From: an uncultured delta proteobacterium
GTDB taxonomy: Bacteria > Myxococcota_A > Polyangia > Polyangiales > Polyangiaceae
Direction of reading: 5' to 3'
Assembly: GCA_963782055.1 (NCBI GenBank)
Contig: CAWAIF010000002.1
Coordinates: 192,001 to 256,000 of the forward strand
Length of the DNA stretch: 64,000 nt
The number at the start of each line of letters is the position of its first letter. The stretch's first letter is position 1. Shown one piece after another: positions 46,910 to 56,545 of this stretch. The notes beneath the pieces were generated by a model. The model did no database searches, had not been told where the DNA came from, and saw nothing but the letters and a program-made list of their open reading frames with translations. The position numbers and the translations under genes are program-made.

Positions 46910-47460
46910 TGGCCTCGCGCGAGCGCTTGCTCGAGCTGCTCCGCGAGCGCTCCTATGCGCGCAAGCGCGTCGTGCTCGCCTCCGGCAAGGAGAGCGACTT
47001 CTTCATCGACTGCAAGCAGACGGTGCTCCTGGCGGAGGGCCACGCCCTCGCCGGCGAGGTGATGCTCAACGCGCTCGGGACCTTCCCGCGGGTGGGCGCC
47101 GTGGCGGGGGTGGAGCTGGGTGGCTGCCCGCTCGCCAGCGCGGTCGCGCTCCTGAGCTTCCAGCGCGGCGCGCCGCTCGACGCCGTCTACGTGCGCAAGG
47201 ACGCCAAGGACCACGGCTCACGCCGCGAGCTGGAGGGCAACACGCACCTGCCGGCGGGCACGCGCGTGGCGCTGCTGGAGGACGTGGTGACGACGGGCGG
47301 GTCCACCCTGAAGGCGGTGGCGAAGCTGCGCGCCGCCGGCTACGAGGTGGCGGGCGTGGTGGCGCTGGTGGACCGCAAGGAGGGCGGCGGCGAGGCTATC
47401 GCCGCGGAGGTGCCCTTCGTGGCGCTCTACGGGCGTGAGGACTTCGTCGGTCCGGCTTGA
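46909..47460 (+). CDS. pyrE: orotate phosphoribosyltransferase
   Basis: LASGKES, VRKDAKDHG, LLEDVVTTGGS PRPP-binding motif. Confidence 0.95.
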   Translation: MASRERLLELLRERSYARKRVVLASGKESDFFIDCKQTVLLAEGHALAGEVMLNALGTFPRVGAVAGVELGGCPLASAVALLSFQRGAPLDAVYVRKDAKDHGSRRELEGNTHLPAGTRVALLEDVVTTGGSTLKAVAKLRAAGYEVAGVVALVDRKEGGGEAIAAEVPFVALYGREDFVGPA

Positions 47461-47501
47461 GGCCGCGCGGCAACGTGCCGGTGCGAGGCCGGCACGACGG
47501 C

Positions 47502-48299
47502 TCAGTGGATGAGCTTCGGGTTGCCCGGCGGCGGCGGGCGGGTCGAAGGGCTGGGTCCGGCGGGAGCCTGCCCCGCGAGGTACGGGCGGCGCGCGTAGAA
47601 GTAGCCGGCCTCGAGCGTGAAGACGGTCTTGCCATCGTTCGAGATGAGCTTGCCGGAGATCTTGCCCTGGTAGTCGCCGGGGTTGTCGCCGGCGTAGATG
47701 TCAATCTCGCAGTCGCCGTTGGGGTTGTCGGACCAGCTCGCCTGGGGGTCGTTGCCGCGGACGCCCGCGGTCGCGAACTCGAGGGCGAAGTCGGGCTGCG
47801 TGCCGCACTCGAAGTGGCCGGGGCGCATCGTCGACATGACAATCGTGAACGTCTCGCCCGCGTCGCTCGTCGCGATGGCGATCGACTTGCCCGGGAAGCC
47901 CTGGAACGGGACGAAGCCTTTCTCCGAGACGAACCCGGAGCTGTAGCGGTAGCCCGTCTGTGTGTTCACGAAGCGCACGGCGACCGCGGCGCCCTGGTCA
48001 CCGGTCGGCACCGTCCGCTTGATGATGTCGACGAAGCTCGAGAAGAGCTTCGGGTCCTCGACCGGAGGCGACCGGTGGGCCGGCGCGGGGGGCGGTTGCG
48101 ACTCGTGGACCGCGGTGTCTCGGGGCTTCGTCTCGCTTGCCACGGGCGCGTCGGAGAGCGGGTGATGGGTGGTCGCGGTCGAGTGGGGTCGGGGGGTCGG
48201 GTGGTAGGGATAGGCCGGCGCGGGCGTGGATGTTCCGCAAGCGACGAGGACTGCGCTGGCACCCACGAGCACGATGAATTGCTGCTTCACGAATGGCAC
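47502..48299 (-). CDS. lipoprotein with Pro/His-rich linker
   Basis: AAGGAGG SD, LVA-C lipobox. Confidence 0.78.
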   Translation of the reverse strand: MPFVKQQFIVLVGASAVLVACGTSTPAPAYPYHPTPRPHSTATTHHPLSDAPVASETKPRDTAVHESQPPPAPAHRSPPVEDPKLFSSFVDIIKRTVPTGDQGAAVAVRFVNTQTGYRYSSGFVSEKGFVPFQGFPGKSIAIATSDAGETFTIVMSTMRPGHFECGTQPDFALEFATAGVRGNDPQASWSDNPNGDCEIDIYAGDNPGDYQGKISGKLISNDGKTVFTLEAGYFYARRPYLAGQAPAGPSPSTRPPPPGNPKLIH

Positions 48300-48672
48300 C
48301 TCCTTGCGGCCGCGCGCCCCGCGCCGATGGCCGATGGGCGCGCGTGCGTCACGACCTTCTTCCCCTGCGCCGGCTCGTGAGCGAGCAACGCGCAGAGACG
48401 CTCAATGTATCGTGCGTCGGCGAATCGCGACAAGGCTCCGTGTTCGCGCGTCACGCTCGCCGTGGACGGCCGCCGCCAGACCAGAACGCGCACGTACACG
48501 CCGGTGACGAAAGGGGGCGCGGCTCGCCGACTGCGGTGCGCGGACCGGCGAGAGCTCCGTGGCAGAGACAGACCCCTGCCACGCATGGCAGAACGCCGCA
48601 CCGCGCCACGCGCAGGTCTCCCGCGCGATCCGCGGCGGCTTGGGCTACACTCCCTCCCCGGTGACTGGAGGC

Positions 48673-49515
48673 ATGGTGGAAGGCAAGCGGATCGAAATCC
48701 TGAGCGACTCGACCGGGGAGACCGCCGAGAAGGTGGTCCGCGCGGCGATGCTGCAATTTCCCCACTCGGGGGCGCAGATCAAGCTCCACACACGCATCCG
48801 CACCAAGGAGGCTGCCCGCCCCGTGCTCGAGCAGGCCGCCCGCGACGGCGCGCTGGTCGTCTTCACCGTGGTCAGCCCGGAGCTGCGCGAGTTCATCCAC
48901 TCGCAGAGCTACGAGCTGAAGATCGAGGCGCTGGACCTCATCGGCTCGCTCATCGGGCGGCTGGGCACCTTCCTCGACAGGCAGCCCATCAACATGCCGA
49001 GCGCGATGCTCCCGCTCTCCGACGAGTACTTCCGCCGCATCGAGGCGGTGGAGTTCACCGTCAAGAGCGACGACGGCAAGGAGCCGCGCAACTTCCGCAA
49101 GGCGGATCTGGTGCTGGTGGGCGTGAGCCGCACCTCCAAGACGCCGCTCTCCACGCTGCTGGCGCAGCGCGGGCTGAAGGTCGCCAACCTGCCCATCGTC
49201 CTCGGCATCGAGCCCCCGCCGGAGCTGGAGGAGGCGCCGCACGATCGCGTCGTCGGGCTGACGATCGAGATCAACCAGCTCGTGGAGATCCGCAAGGCGC
49301 GGCTGAAGCAGCTCGGCATGCCCACCGACGCGAGCTACGGCCTCGCGGAGCAGGTGAAGGAGGAGCTCGCCTACGCGCAGCGCATCTTCGGCAAGCACCC
49401 GCACTGGCCGGTCATCGACGTGACCGGCCGCGCCATCGAGGAGACCGCCGTCATCATCCTGGAGGCGCTGAAGGAGCGCGACGAGACGCAATCCATCAAG
49501 GCGCAGCTCCTGTAG
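48673..49515 (+). CDS. PEP synthase / pyruvate,phosphate dikinase regulatory protein (DUF299)
   Basis: SDSTGETA, YFRRIEAVEF…DDG, GVSRTSKTP, IEETA; GGAGG SD. Confidence 0.95.
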   Translation: MVEGKRIEILSDSTGETAEKVVRAAMLQFPHSGAQIKLHTRIRTKEAARPVLEQAARDGALVVFTVVSPELREFIHSQSYELKIEALDLIGSLIGRLGTFLDRQPINMPSAMLPLSDEYFRRIEAVEFTVKSDDGKEPRNFRKADLVLVGVSRTSKTPLSTLLAQRGLKVANLPIVLGIEPPPELEEAPHDRVVGLTIEINQLVEIRKARLKQLGMPTDASYGLAEQVKEELAYAQRIFGKHPHWPVIDVTGRAIEETAVIILEALKERDETQSIKAQLL

Positions 49516-51069
49516 CTAGCGGCCCCCTCTGCGCTTCGCGCGCTCCTTCTCGCGGGCCTCACGGAGCGCCGCGGCGATCTGCTCGACCTCGTGCGTCTCC
49601 ATGCGCGCGGTGTCCTCGGCGTCGAAGCCGGGGTCGGAGGGCTTGCGGCGGATGGGCGGCTTGGCGGCGAGCTTCGCCGGGTCGATGCGCACCGTCTCGT
49701 TGGCGCCCTCCTCGTCGTCGTACGGCGACGACGGCAGGTCGTCGGGCGCGACGTCCGGCGCGGGCATCCGCGGCGTGGTGGGGTGGTCCCAGTCGTCTCC
49801 CTTCGCCGCGGGGGCCTCCACAGGCGTCGCGCCCGCCTCCACGAAGGTGATGGGGATCTCCACGCTGGCGCTGCTCACGCTCGCCGGCCCGGGTGTGGGC
49901 GCGGCGACACGCGCGACCGGCGTGCGCGTCCCGCTCGCGCGGATGAGCTCGGAGCGCGCCCGGACGAGCGCCTGCTGCAGCTCCAGCGCCGAGCCGAAGC
50001 GCTCGTCCCGGTTCTTGGCCATCGCCTTCGCGATGACGGCCTCCAGCGACGCGGGGATCGTCGGGCGCAGCGAGGAGGGGAGCGGGGGCTCCTGCGTGAG
50101 GATCTGAAGCAGCAGCGCGTTGTAGTTGGAGGCGGTGAAGGGGCGCCTGCCGGTGAGCAGCTCGTAGAGGAGGACGCCGCACGCATAGAGGTCCACGCGC
50201 GCATCCAGGTTGCGATCCCCGCGCGCCTGCTCCGGCGACATGTAGTAGGGCGTGCCCATCACCATGCCCGTCTTGGTGAGGTCGGTCTCCTCCTCCCACT
50301 CGCCGGTGCTCATCGGCGCGAGCACCTTGGAGACGCCGAAGTCCAGCAGCTTCACGGTGGTGGTGCGGTCCGCCTCCTCCGGCGAGCGGCCGGCGGGGAA
50401 GAAGCCGGGCCGCTCGGCGAGGAAGACGTTCTCCGGCTTGATGTCGCGGTGCAGGATCCCGAGGCCGTGCGCCGCGCCCAGCGCGGAGAGCACCGGGATG
50501 AGGATGTCGATCGCCTCGGCGAAGGGCAGGCCGCCCTCCGCGGCCAGGCGCGCGGAGAGGGTCTCGCCGCGCAGGCGCTCCATCACCAGGTAGGGGCTGC
50601 CGTCCGGCAGCGTGCCGATGTCGTAGACCTCGCAGATGTTGGGGTGGCCGATGGCGCCCGCCGCGCGCGCCTCCTGGTGGAAGCGCTTCACCGCCACCTT
50701 CTTCCGCGCCTGCGCGGGGTGCAGCACCTTCACGGCCACCGCGCGGCCGATGGCCACGTGCTCCGCCTCGAAGACGCTGCCCATGCCGCCCTCGCCGAGC
50801 ACGGCCGTGATGCGGTACTTGCCGTCGATCGTCTGACCGACGAGCGACCGGCGCGCGGGGAGCGGGGCGGGCCCGCGCGGGGGCGCCGCCGCCGAGCGCG
50901 CGCTCATCGGCCGCGGGACCACCAGCCCGGGTCGCTCGGCGCCTGCTCCCGTCGGGCCGGGGTAGGAGCGCGTGGGACGCCGCCCGATCGGCTGCCTTGT
51001 CGTCGGGCAGACGGTCACGCCAGCCTGGTGGGTGTGGCCGCAGTGCGGGCAGCGGAAAGTCCGGGTCAT
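49516..51069 (-). CDS. Ser/Thr kinase with N-terminal zinc-ribbon-like motif
   Basis: CPHC-x3-H-x6-CP at the N-terminus; GEGGMG, AVK, HRDIKPEN, DFG, SPE. Confidence 0.9.
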   Translation of the reverse strand: MTRTFRCPHCGHTHQAGVTVCPTTRQPIGRRPTRSYPGPTGAGAERPGLVVPRPMSARSAAAPPRGPAPLPARRSLVGQTIDGKYRITAVLGEGGMGSVFEAEHVAIGRAVAVKVLHPAQARKKVAVKRFHQEARAAGAIGHPNICEVYDIGTLPDGSPYLVMERLRGETLSARLAAEGGLPFAEAIDILIPVLSALGAAHGLGILHRDIKPENVFLAERPGFFPAGRSPEEADRTTTVKLLDFGVSKVLAPMSTGEWEEETDLTKTGMVMGTPYYMSPEQARGDRNLDARVDLYACGVLLYELLTGRRPFTASNYNALLLQILTQEPPLPSSLRPTIPASLEAVIAKAMAKNRDERFGSALELQQALVRARSELIRASGTRTPVARVAAPTPGPASVSSASVEIPITFVEAGATPVEAPAAKGDDWDHPTTPRMPAPDVAPDDLPSSPYDDEEGANETVRIDPAKLAAKPPIRRKPSDPGFDAEDTARMETHEVEQIAAALREAREKERAKRRGGR

Positions 51070-51171
51070 TCCGAGGGCCAGCATCCAGCGTAACTCAAAC
51101 GCCAAGGTGCTGCGAACCGTTCGGCCCGGTGCTATGGAAAGGCCCGCCAACCTCAGCCCCGGGAGCTCACC

Positions 51172-52353
51172 ATGGCCTTCGCACCCGTCTACATCGTCTC
51201 CGCCGCGCGCACCCCCATCGGCGCCTTCCTCGGCTCGCTCGCCAACGTCCCCGCGCCTCGCCTCGGCGCCGCCGCGATCCAGGGGGCGCTCACCCGCGCC
51301 AAGCTCGCGCCGGAGACGATCCAGGAAGTCTTCATGGGCAACGTGCTCTGCGGCGGGGTCGGCCAGGCGCCCGCGCGGCAGGCGGCCATCTACGGCGGCA
51401 TCCCCAACACCACCCCCGCCACCACCGTGGGCAAGGTGTGCGGCTCCGGCCTGCAGGCCGTCATCTTCGGGGCGAAGACCATCGCGCTGGGCGACGCCGA
51501 CCTCGTCGTCTCCGGCGGCATGGAGTCCATGTCGTCGGCGCCGTACTACGTCTTCGGCGCCCGCAGCGGGCTGCGCATGGGGAACACCACGATGGTCGAC
51601 GGGATGATCCACGACGGCCTGTGGGACCCGTACAACAACGTCCACATGGGCACCTGCGGCGACAAGTGCGCCGCGGAGTACAAGTTCTCGCGCGAGGCGC
51701 AGGACGACTTCTCCAAGGAGAGCTTCCGCCGGGCGCTCGCCGCGCAGAAGGAGGGCCTCTTCGACGCGGAGATCGAGCCGGTGAAGGTGCCGCAGCGCAA
51801 GGGCGACCCGGTGCTGGTCAAGCTGGACGAGGGCCCCGGCAAGGGCGACCCGAACAAGTTCTCCTCGCTGCGGCCCGCGTTCGGCAAGGACGGCACCATC
51901 ACCGCGGCCAACGCCTCCTCCATCAACGACGGCGCGAGCGCGCTGGTGCTGGCGAGCGAGAAGGCGGTCAAGGAGCACAAGCTGGAGCCGCTCGGGCGCA
52001 TCGTGGCGTACGACGGCGTGGCGCAGGACCCGGTGTGGTTCACCACCGCCCCGGCGAAGGCGATCGAGAAGGTCACCGCCAAGATGGGCATCAAGCCGAA
52101 CGACATCGACCTGTACGAGATCAACGAGGCCTTCGCGGTGGTCGCCATGGCGTGCGCGAAGCTGGTGGGCATCGACACCCAGCGCGTCAACGTGCGCGGC
52201 GGCGCCGTGGCCCTCGGCCACCCCATCGGGGCGAGCGGCGCGCGCATCCTCACGACGCTGCTGTACGCGATGAAGGACCAGAACAAGAAGCGCGGCCTGG
52301 CGACGCTGTGCATCGGCGGCGGCGAAGCGCTGGCCCTGGTCGTCGAACGCTGA
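51172..52353 (+). CDS. atoB: acetyl-CoA C-acetyltransferase (thiolase)
   Basis: KVCGSG, NEAF, GHPIGASG, CIGGG. Confidence 0.93.
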   Translation: MAFAPVYIVSAARTPIGAFLGSLANVPAPRLGAAAIQGALTRAKLAPETIQEVFMGNVLCGGVGQAPARQAAIYGGIPNTTPATTVGKVCGSGLQAVIFGAKTIALGDADLVVSGGMESMSSAPYYVFGARSGLRMGNTTMVDGMIHDGLWDPYNNVHMGTCGDKCAAEYKFSREAQDDFSKESFRRALAAQKEGLFDAEIEPVKVPQRKGDPVLVKLDEGPGKGDPNKFSSLRPAFGKDGTITAANASSINDGASALVLASEKAVKEHKLEPLGRIVAYDGVAQDPVWFTTAPAKAIEKVTAKMGIKPNDIDLYEINEAFAVVAMACAKLVGIDTQRVNVRGGAVALGHPIGASGARILTTLLYAMKDQNKKRGLATLCIGGGEALALVVER

Positions 52354-52394
52354 CCTCACCCCCGCCCTCCTCTCCACTTCGTGGAGAGGGGGAG
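52354..52394 (+). repeat. REP-like palindromic element, copy 3
   Basis: (TGA)CCTCACCCCCGCCCT followed by CCTCTCCAC-ttc-GTGGAGAGG. Confidence 0.75.
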
Positions 52395-52409
52395 AGGAGA
52401 CTGCGTGCG

Positions 52410-53255
52410 ATGCGCCCTCGCGATGTGCTCACCGGCATCCAGTCGTTCGCCGCGCGGACGCCCACGCTGCCGCCGGCGACGCACACCAACAGCTACGCGC
52501 TCGGCGCCCGGGACGTGCTGCTCGTCGAGCCGGCCACCCCGTACGCCGACGAGCAGCGGGCGTGGATCGAGTGGGCGCGGGCCCTGCCCTCGAGCGGCCG
52601 GCGGCCGGTGGCCATCGTGCTCACGCACCACCACGTGGACCACGTGGGCGGCGCGGAGAAGCTCGCGGTGGAGCTGGGCCTGCCGGTGTGGGCCCACGCG
52701 GAGACGCACACGCGGTTGCCGGAGGAGGTGCGCGTGGCGAGGGAGCTCCACGAGGGCGAGGCGCTGGTGCTGGAGGGGCCGGAGCCAGAGCGCTGGGAGG
52801 TGCTGCACACGCCGGGGCACGCCCCCGGGCACATTTGCTTGTACAATGCACAGGATCGCGCGCTCGTGGTGGGGGACATGGTCGCCAGCGTGGGGACGAT
52901 CCTGATCGCCCCGGGCGACGGTGACATGGCGGTGTACCTGGCGCAGCTGGAGCGGCTGGAGGCGCTCGGCGCGCGGGTGGCGCTGCCCGCGCACGGCGAC
53001 CCGATCGACGAGCCGTCGGGCGTGTTCCGCAAGTACGTGGCGCACCGGCTGATGCGGGAGGACAAGGTGCTCGCGGCGGTGAAGAAGGCCGGGGAGGCGA
53101 CGCTGGACGCGCTGGTGCCGGAGGCCTACGACGACACGCCCCCGCACGTGTGGCCCATCGCGATGCTGAGCCTTCAGGCGCACCTGCACAAGCTGGTGGC
53201 GGAGGGGCGCGTCAGCGAGCGGGAGGGGCGGTTCAGGGCAGCCGGCCCGGGGTGA
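52410..53255 (+). CDS. metallo-beta-lactamase-fold hydrolase (LACTB2-like, C-terminal wHTH)
   Basis: THHHVDH, TPGHAPGH, GD, PAHG, HRLMRE. Confidence 0.88.
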   Translation: MRPRDVLTGIQSFAARTPTLPPATHTNSYALGARDVLLVEPATPYADEQRAWIEWARALPSSGRRPVAIVLTHHHVDHVGGAEKLAVELGLPVWAHAETHTRLPEEVRVARELHEGEALVLEGPEPERWEVLHTPGHAPGHICLYNAQDRALVVGDMVASVGTILIAPGDGDMAVYLAQLERLEALGARVALPAHGDPIDEPSGVFRKYVAHRLMREDKVLAAVKKAGEATLDALVPEAYDDTPPHVWPIAMLSLQAHLHKLVAEGRVSEREGRFRAAGPG

Positions 53256-53256
53256 T

Positions 53257-53484
53257 ATGCTCGCGAGGATGTGGGAGCGGGCGTTCCTTGCGACGAGCGT
53301 GGCGGTGGGGGAGCCGCTGGAGGCTGCGCTCGCCGCGCTGGGCGAGGGCGGGGTGAAGCAGGCGGCGGCGCTGGCGGCGGCGCTGGGCAATCCGAGCCGC
53401 GAGGTGCGGGCGAGGGGCATGGCGAAGGAGCTGGCGGTGGTCGTGGCGGAGCTGGAGCGCGCGGAGCTGACGTGGCGCGCGTGA
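53257..53484 (+). CDS. small Ala-rich helical protein upstream of the SctL/FliH-like gene
   Basis: Tight coupling on both sides and plausible codon use. Confidence 0.55.
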   Translation: MLARMWERAFLATSVAVGEPLEAALAALGEGGVKQAAALAAALGNPSREVRARGMAKELAVVVAELERAELTWRA

Positions 53485-54116
53485 CGCGCGGGCGGGTGAT
53501 CCGCGGCGAGGCGCCCCTGCCGCGGCCGCAGCCATCGGTCGCGCCCGCCACGCGGCAGCGCATCGCGCGGGAGGAGATGGAGGCGCGCGAGGCGGCCTCG
53601 CGCATCCTGGCGGAGGCGAGCGCGGAGGCGGAGCGCATCGTGGCGGAGGCGAAGGGCAAGGCGGAGGGCGCGGTGGCCGCGGCGGTCGCCGAGGCAGAGG
53701 CGCGCGAGCAGGCGAAGCTCGCGGCGACGTACCTCGCCCTGCGCGGGCGGGAGGAGCAGCAGGCGGAGGCGGACCTCGCGCGCGCGGTGGAGCTGGCGAG
53801 GGTGCTGGCCGAGCGCATGATCGGCGAGGCGATCCAGCTCGACGGCGCGGTGGTGACCCGGCTGGCGCGGCAGGCGCTGGGGGAGGCGCGGGGCGCGCGC
53901 ACGGTGCGCATCGAGGCGCACCCCCAGGACGCGGCGGCGCTCCAGGCCACGACGAGCTTGCTCCCGGCCGAGCTGGGCGTCACCATCGTCCACTCGACTT
54001 CGCTTGCGCGCGGCTCCCTCAGGCTGCACACCGATCTCGGAACCCTCGATGCCCAGCTCCGACCCCAGCTCGAGCGCCTCGCAAGAGCCCTACAGGACGT
54101 CCTCCGAAGCGCCTGA
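53481..54116 (+). CDS. FliH/SctL (YscL/HrpE)-like ATPase stator protein
   Basis: AxxILAEAxAEAExIVAEA coiled coil, LAERMIG, IEAHPQD, LARGSLRLHTDLGTLDA…QLERL; GTGA overlap. Confidence 0.8.
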   Translation: MTRGRVIRGEAPLPRPQPSVAPATRQRIAREEMEAREAASRILAEASAEAERIVAEAKGKAEGAVAAAVAEAEAREQAKLAATYLALRGREEQQAEADLARAVELARVLAERMIGEAIQLDGAVVTRLARQALGEARGARTVRIEAHPQDAAALQATTSLLPAELGVTIVHSTSLARGSLRLHTDLGTLDAQLRPQLERLARALQDVLRSA

Positions 54117-55245
54117 CGAGGCGGCGCTTCCGCCGGTGCGCTGGCGGCTCAACGCGCTGCTCTTCCTGCTGACGGTGCTCAGCGTCTTCGGCACCGGCCT
54201 CCTGCTGGAGGACGGCTCGCTCAAGACCCGGGCCCCGTGGATCCACTCCGCGCAGTTCACCGGGGCGCTGCTCGGCATCCTCGTGGTCCACGAGTTCGGG
54301 CACTACGTGGCCACGCGCATCCACAAGGTGGAGGCGTCGCTGCCCTACTTCATCCCGCTGCCCGGCCTGGGCTTCGGCACGATGGGCGCGGTGATCCGGA
54401 TGCGCGGCCGCATCCCGACACGCAAGGCGTTGCTGGACATCGGGGCGTCCGGGCCGCTCGCCGGGCTGGCGGTGGCGATCCCGCTGTACGCCTGGGGCGT
54501 CGCGCACTCGCACCTCGTCGCGTCGAGCGGGGTCACCAGCGGGGAGCTGGGCGAGTCCCTCCTGATGCGCCTGCTCGACCACCTCTTCGCCGGCCCGCAG
54601 CCGGCGGGGCAGGAGCTGCTCCTTCACCCGGTCGCCTTCGGCGCGTGGGCGGGGATGCTCGTCACCATGCTCAACCTCCTGCCGGTGAGCCAGCTGGACG
54701 GCGGGCACGTCGCCTACGCCCTCTTCGGCCCGCGGCAGGATCGCTTCGCCGTCACCATCCACCGGGCGGTGCTCGCCTTCTTCTTCGTCAGCTTCGCCGG
54801 CTACACCATGCGCGATCTGCGCGCCGGACTGGGTTTTGTGCACCTCGGGCACAACGTCGGCAACTCCCTCTTCTGGCTGGCGTGGTTCGAGATCCTGGCG
54901 GTGCTCGGCACGCTGTCGACGCGCGCGCAGCTCCCGCCGGGGGAGCGGGACGAGCCGGAGCCGGGCACGCTCACCATCCGCACCCGCGCCATCGCCCTCG
55001 TCCTGCTCATCGGCTTCGCCGCGTTCATGGAGGACTCCCCGCGCGTCCTGCCGTGGGTCGCGTGGTTCGTGGGGCTGGGGCTGCTGATCGCGATGGAGGT
55101 GCGCGGCGGCGTGCTCCGCCGCCACTCCCTGCTGGATCACCCGCCGACGGGCAGCGCCAAGCTGGACCCGGTCCGCGCCGGCGTGGCCATCTTCAGCCTG
55201 GTGATGTTCGTGCTGCTCTTCATGCCCACGCCCATCCAGATGTGA
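54049..55245 (+). CDS. site-2 (M50) intramembrane metalloprotease
   Basis: HEFGH, IGASGP, NLLPVSQLDGGH, multiple TMs. Start uncertain. Confidence 0.92.
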   Translation: MPSSDPSSSASQEPYRTSSEAPDEAALPPVRWRLNALLFLLTVLSVFGTGLLLEDGSLKTRAPWIHSAQFTGALLGILVVHEFGHYVATRIHKVEASLPYFIPLPGLGFGTMGAVIRMRGRIPTRKALLDIGASGPLAGLAVAIPLYAWGVAHSHLVASSGVTSGELGESLLMRLLDHLFAGPQPAGQELLLHPVAFGAWAGMLVTMLNLLPVSQLDGGHVAYALFGPRQDRFAVTIHRAVLAFFFVSFAGYTMRDLRAGLGFVHLGHNVGNSLFWLAWFEILAVLGTLSTRAQLPPGERDEPEPGTLTIRTRAIALVLLIGFAAFMEDSPRVLPWVAWFVGLGLLIAMEVRGGVLRRHSLLDHPPTGSAKLDPVRAGVAIFSLVMFVLLFMPTPIQM

Positions 55246-55259
55246 CCCCTCGTCTCGCT

Positions 55260-55299
55260 CCCCCTCTCCACTTCGTGGAGAGGGGGCTGGGGGGTGAGG
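55260..55299 (-). repeat. REP-like palindromic element, copy 4
   Basis: Minus strand (TGA)CCTCACCCCCCAGC followed by CCCCTCTCCAC-gaa-GTGGAGAGGGG; same stem as copy 3. Confidence 0.75.
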
Positions 55300-55542
55300 T
55301 CAGACCTGGACCTCGTAGTCCTCGATCACCGGGTTCGCGAGCATCTCGTCCGCCATCTTCGCCAGGCGGGCCTCGAGGTCGCCCTTCGCGTGGGCCTCGT
55401 CGATCTCGATCTCGATGATCTTGCCGACGCGCACGCCCTTCAGGCCCTCGAAGCCGAGCTTCTCCAGCGCCTTGCGCACGGCGTCGCCCTGCGGGTCGAG
55501 CACCTCCGGCTTGAGCCGGACCACCACGGTCGCCTTGGCCAT
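55300..55542 (-). CDS. purS: phosphoribosylformylglycinamidine synthase subunit PurS
   Basis: VRLKPEVLDPQG…VRVGK…LANPVIEDY. Confidence 0.95.
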   Translation of the reverse strand: MAKATVVVRLKPEVLDPQGDAVRKALEKLGFEGLKGVRVGKIIEIEIDEAHAKGDLEARLAKMADEMLANPVIEDYEVQV

Positions 55543-55547
55543 GTCCC

Positions 55548-56513
55548 TCACTCCTCGATGTGCAGGTTCTTCTCGATGCGCGCGATGGGCGGCTGGATGT
55601 CGGGCACGAAGGTGGTGCCGGTGATGCGCTCGTAGGCCTCCATGTAGCGGAGGGCCGCGCCCACGCGCACCTCGTCGGGCAGGGGCGGCGGCGGGCCGTC
55701 GCCCCGGTAGCCGATGCCGACGTAGTGCCGCCGCACGAAGTCCTTGTCCAGCGGCTCGGGGTCCTTGCCCGCGGCGAAGCGCGCCTCGTAGGTGTCGGCC
55801 ATCCAGTAGCGCGAGGAGTCCGGCGTGTGGATCTCGTCGATGACGAGCATCCGGCCGTCGGCGGTCTTGCCGAACTCGTACTTGGTGTCGACAAGGATGA
55901 GGCCGCGCTCCGCGCACGCGGCCTGGCCGGCGGCGAAGAGCTTCTTCGCCAGCGCCGCCGCGGCGTCGAAGTCCTCGCTGGTCACGTTGCCGGTGGCGAT
56001 CATGTCCTCGCGCGAGCCGCTGATGTCGTGCTGCCCCTTCGGCGCCTTGGTGGCGGGGGTGAGGATGGGCGCGGGGAGGCGCTGGTTCTTCTTCATCCCC
56101 TCCGGCAGGGGGTGGCCGCAGAAGAGGCGGGAGCCCTTCTCGTAGTGCGTCCAGATGCTGGTGGAGGTGGTGCCCGTCAGGTACGAGCGCATCACCATCT
56201 CCACCAGGAGCGGCGTGCACTCCACGCACTCGAGCACGTTGGGGTCCGGCTTGGAGAGCATGTGGTTGGGGACGACGTCGCGCGTCTTCTCGAACCAGTG
56301 GGCCGCCAGGCCGTTGAGCACCTGACCCTTGAAGGGGATGGTGCCCAGCACGTGGTCGAAGGCGCTGATGCGATCGGTCACCACGATGAGGCGCTTGCCG
56401 CCGCGGGAGTAGTTGTCGCGGACCTTGCCCTCGTAGCGCGCGCCCAGGGTGCGGAAGTCGGTGCCGTCCAGCGTGTTCGAGAGGTTCTCGCGGATGAGGG
56501 ACTCTTGCACCAT
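55548..56513 (-). CDS. purC: SAICAR synthetase
   Basis: [40 protein letters not shown]. Confidence 0.95.
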   Translation of the reverse strand: MVQESLIRENLSNTLDGTDFRTLGARYEGKVRDNYSRGGKRLIVVTDRISAFDHVLGTIPFKGQVLNGLAAHWFEKTRDVVPNHMLSKPDPNVLECVECTPLLVEMVMRSYLTGTTSTSIWTHYEKGSRLFCGHPLPEGMKKNQRLPAPILTPATKAPKGQHDISGSREDMIATGNVTSEDFDAAAALAKKLFAAGQAACAERGLILVDTKYEFGKTADGRMLVIDEIHTPDSSRYWMADTYEARFAAGKDPEPLDKDFVRRHYVGIGYRGDGPPPPLPDEVRVGAALRYMEAYERITGTTFVPDIQPPIARIEKNLHIEE

Positions 56514-56545
56514 GGCGCCGGCAATGTAGCACGCACCGGCGCGGC

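Noticed and set aside
48300..48672. Intergenic stretch as an RNA gene or small CDS
   Set aside because: No tRNA or other recognisable structured RNA and no convincing SD-led ORF; likely a divergent promoter region.
51070..52377. Apparent thiolase-kinase or thiolase-MBL fusions (ORFs 49516..52377 and 50997..53255)
   Set aside because: The extensions are antisense or out-of-frame to the thiolase; separate starts exist at 51069 and 52410.
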